A DNA stretch of 64,000 bases from Octopus sinensis (taxonomy: Eukaryota): contig NC_043011.1 in the NCBI RefSeq assembly GCF_006345805.1, positions 23,200,464-23,264,463 on the forward strand, given 5' to 3'. Below, in pieces: positions 27,865-40,519 of this stretch. The notes beneath the pieces are model-generated. The model saw only the letters and a list, made by a program, of their open reading frames with translations. It did not search any database and was not told where the DNA came from. Within the stretch, counting starts at the first letter, position 1. Every line of letters starts with the position of its first letter. Both the position numbers and the translations under genes were made by a program.

Positions 27865-28282
27865 CGGTTATGTACGTCCATTGGAATAAGCATTTGTTGC
27901 AGACCACACCACTTGGTAGTTTGAGGGAGATATTATTAAGCATAACTGGTGATGTGTGTGGGATGTAATATTTGGTGTCATTAGTTTCACCGATGGTTAA
28001 CAGATGTTTGTTCAAACACGATTGACTAACTTCAACAAAATCGCTTCCATTTGAATATTCAATATCACCAGCTTTAGGGTTATCGTAAGGGCAGATTCGA
28101 AATTCAAAATAACCTTTGTGATTAGCAGTTACTTGTACTGCAGCTGTAATTGTTGATCCTTCCTCATAATTTGCTGTTATGAATCCTTCATAATATTTTC
28201 CACCCCTTTCATGGTCCCGTGGATTTTGATCCCACGGGTCTCCACAGACGCCACATAATCCATTGTATTTGTGAATAAGCGC
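27865..28282 (-). CDS. AA15-type LPMO, coding exon 2 (catalytic core, second His)
   Basis: Acceptor TTTTTCCAG|GCG at 28283. Encodes ALIHKYNGLCGVCGDPW...VQVTANHKGYFEFRIC...CLFQWTYIT. Donor CCG|GTAAGT at 27864. 418 nt, phase 0 to 1. Confidence 0.95.
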
Positions 28283-28419
28283 CTGGAAAAAGAAAAAAAA
28301 AAACGAAACTGAAACCAAAAGCAAGAGAAGTACACAAATTGGAAATCTTTCTGCTTATATCATTGCCAAGGTTTTCCAAGACTATGGATACATGTAATCA
28401 AAGTTTTATGTCTTCTTTT

Positions 28420-28630
28420 CTACTCTAGGTACAAGGCCCGACATTTTTTGGGAGGGGATCTGTCGATTAGATCGATCTCAGTACGCAACTGATACTTAAT
28501 TTATCGAACTTGAAAGGATGGAAGGTAAAGTTGACCTCGGCAGAATTTGAACTCAGAACGTAAAAACAGACGAAATACCGCTAAGCATTTTGCCCGGCTT
28601 GCTAACGTTTCTGCCAGCTCACCGCCTTGA
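28420..28630 (-). mobile_element. SINE family C (one of more than 15 copies or fragments)
   Basis: Reverse complement of GGCGGTGAGCTGGCAGAAACGTTAGC...GAGTTCAAATTC..CGAGGTC.ACTTT.CCTT.CATCC. Other copies lie near 16930, 25800, 27060, 28720, 30662, 36345, 39300-39850, 48610, 49185 and 54480. Confidence 0.8.
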
Positions 28631-29204
28631 AAGTTTTATATATTATACTTACTTCTAACCAGCTATATTATATAATAAGATATCATATTAATGATTTCTG
28701 ATTATATTGGTTCCAAATATTGGCACAAGAACAGCAGTTTTAGAAGAGTGTCAAAGTCAATTAATCAACCCCAGTGCTCAACTGGTGTTTATTTTATCGA
28801 CTCCGAAAGGATGAAAAGCAAAGTCGACCCCGGAGCCATTTGAAATCAGAACGTAAAGTCGGAATAAATGCTGCTATTTTCCCGGCACGGAGACATTCTG
28901 CCAGGTCTCCCCGTTGGTTCGTATAGGCAGGTAGGTAGGTAGGTAGGTAGGTTTGTAGTTTGATAGGTAGATAGGTTAATAGAAAGGCTGGTAAATAGGT
29001 AGATTGGTAGGTATGCGGGTTGGATAAGAACGAGGTAAATATTTGGAATGTGTGGATGTCAAACAACGGATGCTCCACGGAGATCTGTCATCTTTTCGAA
29101 ATAGAAAAGCATGATTTGTCGTTAAATCATTTTACATGTCTATTTAAAGTACATGATGTTTTCATTTGGCCTTTCGGATATACATACATACAAATAAAAA
29201 TGCA

Positions 29205-29484
29205 TGTACACATACATACATACATACATACATACATACATACATACATACGCACGTATATACATTTGCATATATGTATACACACATAACACACACACAC
29301 ACACACACACACGCTCACACACGCACACAAACACACACACACACACACGCACACACACACACGCTCACACACACACACACACACACACGCTCACACACAC
29401 GCAACACACACACACAAACACACACACACACGCAACACATACACACACACGCACACATACACACACACACGCAACACATACACA

Positions 29485-29543
<59 letters not shown>

Positions 29544-29550
29544 CACACAA
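29205..29550. repeat. (TACA)n plus (CA)n microsatellite
   Basis: Visible directly. Confidence 0.95.
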
Positions 29551-29735
29551 AGGAAGTGCTACTATTTTTATAGATTACCCTTTCGGTTGCAGGAAGCAGG
29601 ACCAAAGACAACACCTGATGTCGAATTTAAGAATAAGTTTTAGAAACATCACGAACGTAAAGCCAAATATTTGAATGCCACCGTCACTAACGGACTCTAT
29701 GAACTCGCATATATTTAAACTGTGTCTTTACTGAA

Positions 29736-29779
<44 letters not shown>

Positions 29780-30046
29780 ACATTTAAAAATAAACCAAAA
29801 ACAACAAAAAAAATATGCTGTTTGCTAAAAGTTAGAAGAGGGTTGCATCACGTAACTTGGCTGCTACAGCCAGAGCTATTACTATCGCCACCGCCAATTA
29901 GCGCCCTTCCAATTTCTAACCCCACCCACGCACTTCCTATCCGTCATACCTACGACCCCTACAACTTTCATCCTCATCATCATCCTCATCATCATCCTCA
30001 TCATCATCCCCAACGACAGTAGCAAGTACAACGTTACTCGCTTTAA

Positions 30047-30099
<53 letters not shown>

Positions 30100-30149
30100 T
30101 CTCTCTACAAACCTATGCAAGTAGGGCGCGAGACAGTTGGTATATCGGA

Positions 30150-30500
30150 CCCAGAGCTCGGAGAGCCATGGAGTAAGTCCATGCGTTTGTTTTTATATTA
30201 CTTGTTCCTTCTCGAGCCACGCAGGGCTCATCAGGGCCGGTTTCCCGGTTTCCTTGGCGTATAGGTTCCCCACCTGGACGGGACGCCGGCCCGTCGCAGG
30301 TGAGCCGCAAGATGCAGGAGGAAAGAGTGAGAGAAAGTTGTGGCGAAAGAGTCAGCAGAAGTTCCCCATTACCTTCTGCCGGAGCCGCGTGGAGCTTAGG
30401 TGTTTCGCTCATAAACACACACATCACCCGGTCTGAGATTCGAACTCGAGATCCCGCGACCGCGAGTCTGCTGCTCTAACTGACGGTAGGCCATGTGCAT
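30150..30500 (-). mobile_element. tRNA-headed SINE (head shared with the 33228 copy, different tail)
   Basis: Shared core GAGCGAAACACCTAAGCTCCACG...TCTTTCGCCACAACTTTCTCTCACTCTTTC. Tail CCTGCGACGGGCCGGCGTCCCGTCCAGG...GGAAACCGG. Confidence 0.75.
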
Positions 30501-31004
30501 AACTGACGGTAGGCCCTTCTCTCAGCTAAAATTTCCAAGCGCATTTGAATTTTGAGAGACGACCACCCTCACCACAACCGTCACTGGGATGGGGAAAACA
30601 GTTTAGTTTTGCCATGCAAAATTTCTCCCGGAGATCCTGTCTCTATCATTAAGTGACTGATAAGGCGGTGCGCTGGCAGAATCTTTAGCATGCCAAGCAA
30701 AATGCTTAGCAGTATTTCGCCCGTAGCTACGTTCTGAGTTCAAATTCCGCCGACTTTGCCTTTCATCCTTTCGTGATCGATAAATTAAGTACCAGTGAGA
30801 CACTGGAGTCAATGTAATCGACTAGTCCCCGCCAACCAAATTTCAAATAATCGTGAACTGGTGTTTTGAACATAAATTATCATGAAATCTTGAAAATTTT
30901 ATATCAAATCATTTCAAAACAAGAAGTTTGTGTCATAGGAGGTTAAGAACAGTCTCAGGCGGGTTGGTATCAAATGAGATATACTCACGAGAGAAAGAGG
31001 GAGG

Positions 31005-31035
<31 letters not shown>

Positions 31036-31513
31036 GGGGAAGAAAAGGGGAGAAAGGGAAAGAAAGAGAAAAGGAAAGAGAGACAGGTTTTGTCTACTAA
31101 TTGCATCAATTACTTGAAGGTTTTGAACTTGCTATACTACACATGTGAGACTCAAGTATATTTGTATTTAGAATACAGAACTCTCTTCTGAGTTACTGAC
31201 TCACGGTCACATTCCTGATAATTGTAATCAGCACAATCAGCTTCCCTTTCCCTCTATTTCTATATATACATACTGATAATTTCAAAGCTTCTCTGAGTAG
31301 AGTATGGTTAACTGAAGACGTTTAATAAGATTGAAACATGTCCGTTGGTTTCACTAGTTGTCATTCCACTTATTTTGCACTGTCTATGTTTTTCAAAAAG
31401 TTCACTTATTTGATTGTTATTAAAAATAATCTCTCATGCTTGTTGTTTTTAGATTTTAACTGATCTTACAAGGAATTATTGCCTGCAAATTGTTTGGATA
31501 AAATCAGCCAATG

Positions 31514-31661
31514 GCGCAGGAGTGGCTGTGTGGTAAGTAGCTTGCTTACCAACCACATGGTTCCGGGTTCAGTCCCACTGCGAAGCACCTTGGGCAAGTG
31601 TCTTCTGCTATAGCCTCGGGCCGACCAGTTTGGTAGACGGAAACTGAAAAGAAGCCCGTCG

Positions 31662-31704
<43 letters not shown>

Positions 31705-31921
31705 ATATGTTTGTGTGTCTGTGTTTGTCCCCCCACCATCGCTTGACAACCGATGCTGGTATGTTTACGTCCCCGTCACTTAGCGGTTCGGCAAAAAGAG
31801 ATCAATAGAATAAGTACTGGGCTTACAAAGAATAAGTCCCGGGGTCGATTTGCTCGACTAAAGGTGGTGCTCCAGCATGGCCGCAGTCAAATGACTGAAA
31901 CAAGTAAAAGAGTAAAAGAGA
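31514..31921 (+). mobile_element. SINE family A
   Basis: Full unit. Confidence 0.85.
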
Positions 31922-32086
31922 GAGTAATGGAAGTTGTTTCAACTCACTGTATTACAACAGTGGGATACCATCACATGTGTGGTTCTATTACATAATAATA
32001 AAAGCCAGTAAAGCGACCTAAAACAACATCGCAGTAACCTATAAATTATCTCTAAATGGGTTATTGAACAGTGGGAAAGAGATGGG

Positions 32087-32144
<58 letters not shown>

Positions 32145-32146
<2 letters not shown>

Positions 32147-32530
32147 TTTCTTTATTGGCCACACAGGGCTGGACACAGAGGGGACAAATACAAATGTAGA
32201 ACTTTTCTTTTCGTAGATAGAAAAGGAAAATAAAAAATAATAGGAAACAAATGTAAAATTTCGATCAAAAGGGATCGGAAAAAAAGCGATCAAAAGGGAT
32301 CGTGTATCACAGAAAGAAATTTTTTTTTTAAAGTAATAAACAAGATTAGGTTCATCCGTGGAAAGAAAAGCCTACAGAAAAGACCACGGTAACCCCAGGC
32401 GGGGGGGGGAATAAAACACATGAGAGTAAAGTGCTCTCTCTCTCTCTCTCTTTTACGATTTACAGGATCATGCTCAAAGTGGTTTCGTCACACGCACGCA
32501 CCATCTTTGCTACATTCACCCACCTTTATT
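32145..32530 (-). mobile_element. 5'-truncated Tx1-like LINE 3' end
   Basis: Encodes RWVNVAKMVRACDETTLSMIL*, then a 3' UTR ending AATAAAGAAA. Flanked on both sides by (GATA)n. Confidence 0.7.
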
Positions 32531-32634
32531 GGGGTGGGGGAGATAGATAGATAGATAGACAGACAGAGGTAGAGGGAGTGGAAGAGAAACAAACAAACAA
32601 ACAAGAGAAAGGGAAACTGTTAGCAATTACTTAC

Positions 32635-32823
32635 CTCTCTTCCACCGCAGTAACCTTCGTTGTCATTGTAATTGTTGTTTCTCACATTATAGCCAAAACG
32701 CCATAGTGAAGCTCTCGATGGGGGTCGCAGGAGACGAGCATGTCCTTCTACGTAGTACACGACGACGAGTACAAGTAATAAATGTAGTAGGGTATATGGT
32801 GACATATTCTTTGTGCGCGACAT
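32635..32823 (-). CDS. AA15-type LPMO, coding exon 1 (signal peptide plus N-terminal His1)
   Basis: MSRTKNMSPYTLLHLLLVLVVVYYVEG|HARLLRPPSRASLWRFG...NYNDNEGYCGGRE. A hydrophobic signal ending VEG is followed by His and the LPMO motif HxRLxxPPSRxSxWR. Donor GAG|GTAAGT at 32634. 189 nt, phase 0. Confidence 0.95.
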
Positions 32824-32872
32824 TATAATGTTCGGTTTTCGTAACGTAATATGCAGTTTATTCGTTGAAAAT
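32824..32872 (-). other. 5' UTR part of the first coding exon, preceded by a splice acceptor
   Basis: Minus strand reads TATTTATTTTTTTCTTCAG|ATTTTC with AG at 32874-32873, 49 nt upstream of the ATG. There is no upstream ATG. This implies a non-coding upstream exon. Confidence 0.6.
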
Positions 32873-33227
32873 CTGAAGAAAAAAATAAATAGTTTAATTT
32901 AGTATTCACTAAAAACAAGCTATACTAACAGGAACATTTTTCTAATATCATTATGGTAAATCACATAATCAGTAAAGAATTTGTGCATAGAAGCTATATT
33001 TTTTTTAGAGTCATTCTAAGATCTGCTAAGTACAAAGAAGATAATTCGCTGAGAAGTTCTAATAATACCGAAACATATCCAAAGTTGTCATACTTACTAA
33101 AGGTCAGGCTCTGCCTTCATTACACGGCTCCATGTAATTCTTAATTTAAATTTTTGAGTTATCCCTTTGCATATCAATATTAATGATTTTCCTTCCCATT
33201 AAGAGTGTAATTTTAAATGCATTATAT

Positions 33228-33518
33228 ATGGCCCAGTGGTTAGGGCAGCGGACTCACGGTCGTAGGATCGCAGTTTCGATTCCCAGACCGGGCGTTTGAG
33301 TGTTTATTGAGCGAAAACACCTAAAGCTCCACGAGGCCCCGACAGGGGGTGGTGGCGATCCCTGCTGCACTCTTTCGCCACAACTTTCTCTCACTCTTTC
33401 TTCTGTAGGCCTGCTCGCTTAGCCAGCGGGGTGGCGTCATTTGAAGGCTAAAACAGTGCGAAGCGCATTGTGACCAGCGATGTTTAGCAACATCTGATAG
33501 CCTGGTCGGTCACGTGAT

Positions 33519-33527
<9 letters not shown>
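33228..33527 (+). mobile_element. tRNA-headed SINE
   Basis: GGCCCAGTGGTTAGGGC...TTCGATTCCC head. Tail ends GGTCACGTGATCACGTGA(TA)n. Confidence 0.8.
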
Positions 33528-33559
<32 letters not shown>

Positions 33560-33792
33560 TGCACTGTTTTGTGATGGTAAGATCAACAAAAAAAAAAAAA
33601 TAATAACCCATCTGGTGAGAGATAAATATTATTTACTAAACGGTTAGTCTCATGCGATGAAAACAGCCCAGAAAAGCATTTTATAACTCGTTTGGTGATT
33701 ACGTGAAGACACCAGACGGGTTATAAAATACAGTCCGAGTTGTTTTCATCGCATCAGGCTAGTAACTCACAAAAATATATTGGTGAAACAAG

Positions 33793-33837
<45 letters not shown>

Positions 33838-33965
33838 AGGGATGACCCTACATACTATATGTATGTAATTAATTTTTCTGAATCTTCATATTTTAATATG
33901 CTAGACCACTGGTTTTAAATTGATATTGATCAAATTAACATTTAATTTTTCACCCTTATTATTTT

Positions 33966-34006
<41 letters not shown>

Positions 34007-34011
34007 ATGTC

Positions 34012-34071
<60 letters not shown>

Positions 34072-34398
34072 ATATACATATTACACACACACAAGAATAG
34101 GGGTCAGTATAAAGGTATCTTCGTTACAAAAATTGAGAGAGAAAAATCACATTTTTATCTTTCATTTAATGATACTGAAAATATTCGGAAAAATTTTTTT
34201 TTAAATTAAAAATATATCTTGATAGTAATGATGAGGATGATGATGATTGGGATGTTGATGTTAATGACAGCGATGATGATGATGGTGATGGTGGTGGTGA
34301 TTGTGGAGGTAGTGGTGATAATGATGATGATGATGATAAAAAGGAGTAGAAAAAAGAGAGGTGCCACTTTAGCGAGTGATCAACCTGACTATATGCGC

Positions 34399-34446
<48 letters not shown>

Positions 34447-34669
34447 TGTGTGTGCGTGCGTGCGTGTGTGTTTGTCCCCCATCACCACTTGACAACCAGT
34501 GTTGGCGTGTTTACGTCTCCGTAACTTAGCGGTCGGTAAAAGAAACTGATAGAACGATATAATAAGTATAAGACTTAAAAATAAAAATAAAAGTACTAGG
34601 GTCAATTCATTCGGCTAAAGGTTCTTTATGTCTTCAGTCTAATAACTGAAAGAAGTAAATGATAATATA

Positions 34670-35420
<751 letters not shown>

Positions 35421-35438
35421 AGAAGTTTATCTTGTTAC

Positions 35439-35624
35439 CTGAGAAGATTTCTCTGACTGCTGAGAAACGATTGGTGTTGAGATAAAATTAATTGGTAGAT
35501 GGAATTAAATGAGAAAAGTTAACTGAGTGAAAAAAGAATGTGTATAGATATAAAATATTAATAAATAGTTCTGTTGTGGTCGTCTGCAGACTACAGAATA
35601 ATTTGGAATTCTTAACTTTATATA
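35439..35624 (-). promoter_or_regulatory. Candidate TATA promoter and non-coding first exon of the LPMO gene
   Basis: Minus strand has TATATAAAG at 35624-35616, an Inr-like GTAGTC about 30 nt downstream, roughly 155 nt without ATG, then a donor CAG|GTAACA at 35438. Purely motif-based. Confidence 0.4.
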
Positions 35625-36084
35625 CAAACGTGTGCGCGCGCGCGTAGACGAAAATGGTCTTTTGTCTTTTGTGTAATTGAAACAACTAAACAATAAAAAA
35701 AAACCAAACAACCGGGCGCGGCGGTCTGCATACTACTTCATTTCTTTCGCGCTTTTATTCCCAAATATGTAATAAAATGTCTTATTCTTCCATCGTCGAA
35801 ATTAAGGAAAGGTCAGGAAATGCTTAACGTACACAATAAAGAATTAAAAATGAAACAAAAGGAGTTTTGCATTACTCATAACTTATCAACAATTGTCATA
35901 AAAATAAATTTATAACGTCAGCACATATCTGCAAGGAACAAAAAAGGACATGGCCATTTTGTTTCCGTTTCATTTCAAATCGGATGGTCTGTGTATCATA
36001 ATTTAGAAACATTTTATTTGTTTGTTTTTCATTTTTTTTGCTTGTCCTTTGAGTTAGCAGAAATGCCAACTTGCCAAAGCGCTG

Positions 36085-36156
<72 letters not shown>

Positions 36157-37329
36157 GGCCGTTCTACTTGCTAGAAATAGCAATCAAATGTCCCTTCATC
36201 CACTCGCTCTGGTGGTATAAAAACAGCTAATAAATTTTTTTTATCCAAGATGATGTGGTCCTGGATACACTAAGGGCAAAAAGGCTATAGCAGACTTCCA
36301 TTTAGGGCAGTCCTGAGCTAAACAACTACTGAATTAAAACTTGGTTTCAAAATTTGGCACAAGGCCAGCAGTTCTGAAGGAAGAGGTAAGTCGATTACAT
36401 CGACCCCAGTGCTCAGCTGGTGCTTATTCTGTCGACCCCGATAGGACGAAAGGCAAAGACTACCTCAGCGGAATTTGAACTCAGTACCTAAAGTCGGACG
36501 AAATGCCGCTAAGCATTTACCAGGTGTACTAACTATTCTGCCAGCTTACCGCCTTAATATTGAATTAAATATTACATTATAGTGCTTTGCTCTTTCTCCC
36601 TGTTTCCGAGTTGTACTTTCGAGCTTGATGAAATAATCAAGCTATACTGGGTATGAACCAATCACTCTACAAAAATACCGGATCTTTTCACCAAGTGAAA
36701 AGAACCAATGTGGGCAGTGTCTTCGTGTGTGTTTTTGCCCCTACCACCGCTTGACAAGACAACCGGCATTGGTGTGTTTACGTCCCCGTGCTTTAGCGGT
36801 TCGGCAAAATTGATCGATAGATGAACCCTCAGGCTAGGAGGGTTCATCCGAGTAATAGGGATCAAAGGGATCCATAGTTAAAAAATGATAGAGAAACACT
36901 GCTTTAAATAATGTTAAGCAATGATTTTACTTTAAAAATAACAAAAAAAAAAGAAGATAATTAATAAAATAAAAGGGAAAAAGCTATAACAATAATTTTA
37001 ACCGTCACAATGACTTCAATGATAATGTATTGACTCGCGATGAAATAAAATGGCAGACAATATATTTACGGTGATATCAATTTATGAAACATTGTCGAAA
37101 TTCAGTAAAACGAAACGATGAAGGGTTTAACTTTATGAGTTTTCTATTAGTGAAAAAGACCTCATCGTATTTGCCTAAATCGTGATAAGAACCATTTAAT
37201 AGAATAACAGTAATGAAATTCGGTTTTGTAATGTCATTGATTTAAATAAATGAATTTCTTTTGAACAACATCGGTTCTCTTTATCGCTCTATTTTTCTTT
37301 ATTCACGTGTGTGTGTGTGTATGTGCAAA

Positions 37330-37598
37330 TAAATGTGTTAACATGTGACATTATTGATCGAGGTTGCCGTGGTCTTTTCCGTAGGCTTTTCTTTCCACGG
37401 ATAAACCTTATCTGCTTCCCCCTTTACACCATGACATTTCTGTGATACACGATCCCTATTGATCGTTTTTTTTTCTTTCCTTTTTACGATCCCTTTTGAT
37501 CGAAAACCTACTCCACTTTTTTCTCTCCCCCAAAAGAAAAGCTCTACTTTGTAATTTGTCCCGTCTTTGTTCAGCCCTGTGTGGCTAATAAAGAAACA
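37330..37598 (+). mobile_element. Tx1-like LINE 3' UTR fragment
   Basis: Homologous to 37880-38190 and to 32145-32400 (-). Ends AATAAAGAAAC followed by (TATC)n. Confidence 0.7.
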
Positions 37599-37688
<90 letters not shown>

Positions 37689-37690
37689 GT

Positions 37691-38190
37691 ACCACTTGAA
37701 AAGGAAAGTGAGAGTAGAGAGGCAAGTTTTGTCTAGCGAATGTTTTAAAAAAAGATGGGTGAATGTAGCAAGAATGGCACGTATGAATGACGAAGCCACC
37801 TTGAGCATAGTCCTATGAACCCAGAAATCGAAAACAGAGAGTTGCTTATTTGCAAAAAAAAAAAAAAAAGAAATATAAAATGTGACTTCATTGACCGAGG
37901 TTACCGTGGTCTTTTCCGTAGGCTTTTCTTTCCACGGGTAAACCTCACCTGTCCTCCCCTTTACACTTCATATTGACATTTCTGTGATAACGATCCCTAT
38001 TGATCAATTTCTTTTTCCTCTCCCCCTTTTTTTTTAACCCCCCTTTTTGTCCTCTTTCTCTCCTTTTACGATCCCTTTTGATCGAAACTCCCCCCTTCCT
38101 TTTTTTTTTTTTTTTTAACCCTTCAAAAGAAAAGCTCTACCTTGTAATTTGTTCTATCTGTGTGCAGCCCTATGTGGCTAATAAAGAAAC
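37691..38190 (+). mobile_element. 5'-truncated Tx1-like LINE 3' end
   Basis: Encodes RKVRVERQVLSSECFKKRWVNVARMARMNDEATLSIVL*, homologous to the C-terminus at about 12700-12800. (TATC)n on both flanks. Confidence 0.75.
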
Positions 38191-38191
38191 A

Positions 38192-38236
<45 letters not shown>

Positions 38237-40519
38237 CACATTCGCTAATACATACACATTTTTCTTTGTCTTTGTCCATGTGCTGTTTCTTCAAAATAAG
38301 GGATTGGCCCTTAAAGATTTGAGGATTTCTTTTGGAATGGGAAAGCGAAAGGATGAATCAGAACATTGCGAATGAATCATTCGAATTGAGTAATGTGGTG
38401 GAAAAGTGGAAGGAGGCGACACTAAATTCTGTGAAACATTTAGTCCGAGACTTCTATTATTTCTATGAAAACGTGTTATCATTATTACATCAACTGAATT
38501 GCAATTAAAAGTATTCTACGCATTGTCGGGAAAGGCGGAGCAACAATTTTGCACATGTAGCTAGAAGGGGCGGAGACAAAAAAATTAGACACGTGTAACC
38601 AGGTGAGCTAATTAAACATACGTAGCGAGAAGAAACACGTGTAATCAGAAGAGGTGGAGACAAAGCAGTCAGTTACGTGGTGGACCGTGTGACCAGTGTG
38701 AATTGGGTTGACGGAAGGTCGTAAATAGCATAGAAAGAAGCGAAAACAAAATACTAAAAATAAACAGAAAACAGATATTAGGAAAATAAATAAATAAATA
38801 AATAAATAAAAACCTGTTGTAAATTGGAATTTTTATCTATAGAAAACGGAAGTAGATAAATGTGTGTCTTATTTCGATTGTACAAAGATCAAATATGTTG
38901 GCATTATTGCTTACTGTATTGTTGTTGTTTATTTCACGAGCAGGCTATTCCGTTGATCAGATCAACTGGAACTCTAGCCAGTTGTTGTCGCTGTTGTATA
39001 AATAAACTGCATGACCGAATAGTTATGAAATTTGATTCTGCAATCATGATGTCTTAAGTTCGATTCCACTGGGGGGGGGGGGATGTTGGACAAGTGATTC
39101 TTTATTTATTCTTCTTTTTTTTTTAAATGTAGCATCGGGTCACTTGAAATTTTTAAAGGTTCAGTCTTGTCCCGTTGATTCCACCGGGGAAGAGTCATTT
39201 ACTCCTTACATGCTAATACAATTAACAAGATTCCATTGACTGACTGAATACTCATCACTGAAACCGACGGACACCAGTTTACTGACGCACTACAAAATAG
39301 TGATTTCAAACTTTGGCACAAGGCCAGCAATTCTAGGGAACGGGGTAAGTCGGTTACATCGATTCCAGTGCCCAACTGGTACTTATTTTATCGATTCTGC
39401 AAGGATGGAAGGCAAAGTCGACCGCTGCAGCATTTGAACTCAGAATATAAAGACGGACGAAATGTTGTTAAGCATTTTGTCCGGCGTGCTGATGTTTCAA
39501 CCAATTCGCTGTTTTGATACGAAATAATTCTTTCTGTTGCAGGCATAAGGCTAGAAATTTTGGAGGAGGTGTTTAGTCAATTATATAACCTCACTGTTCA
39601 ACTAGTATTCATTTTATCGACCCCAAAAGGATTAAAGGCAAAATCGACCTCGGTGGCATTTGAACTCGGAACGTAAAGTTGGTAGAAATGCTGCAAAGCA
39701 TTTTATTCAATATGCTTTTCTACTCTTTTGGAGGAAAGGGGGCAGTCGATTAAATCGACCCCAGTACGCAATTGGTACTTAATTTATCGACCCCAAAAAG
39801 ATGGAAGGCAAAGTCGACCTCGGCGGAATTTGAACCCAGAACGTAGTTATACATTGTAACTATATTCTGCAATCGTTACACATTCTGTGGTGAGAATATA
39901 TTCTATCAAATTAAAATACGATATATTTTTAGAATTTATAGATCTCCAACGAAATTAAAAGTAAAGTTGAGCCCATTTGGAATTTGAACTTAGGAACATT
40001 AGACACTCAGCTAAATATAGTAAAATATATAAATTACAATTTCGTACATTGACCTAATGTTGTTATTTAGCCTCAAATAAACCCTGATACTGCAAACCTA
40101 TCATCAAAGACATTCCAGCCTTCAGCAAACCGTCTTTTTAGGGATAATCTAGGATATTACATACAATGGGCGTGTGATTTAGGTAGTGGGATACTTTGAC
40201 TGCTATTTTTAGCGTGTCGAGCGACCAGGTAGAGGCTCTGTCATTGGTTCGATTGCGTGATGAGATTTTTTTACTCATATATGTAATATGTATATATATC
40301 ATCGGCAGAAGTTAGGGAGTAAGTAAAAAGCTGAGAGTTTCGTTATTGGCACTTATCAAACACGAATTTGTCCATTGTCACTCTGTAACTTCTGACGAAA
40401 TAACTCCTAAAATACAAAATTTTGTCAAAAACGTTAAGAATAAACCCATTCTACAAGATCGGAAGTTCGAAAGTGTTTAGTTAAAAACAATTAGTTAAAA
40501 AAAAATTAATTAATTAATC

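Noticed and set aside
30205-30240. Minus-strand CTGATGAGCC...GGCTCGAG as a hammerhead
   Set aside because: The stem overlaps the core and there is no GAAA. It is part of a SINE tail.
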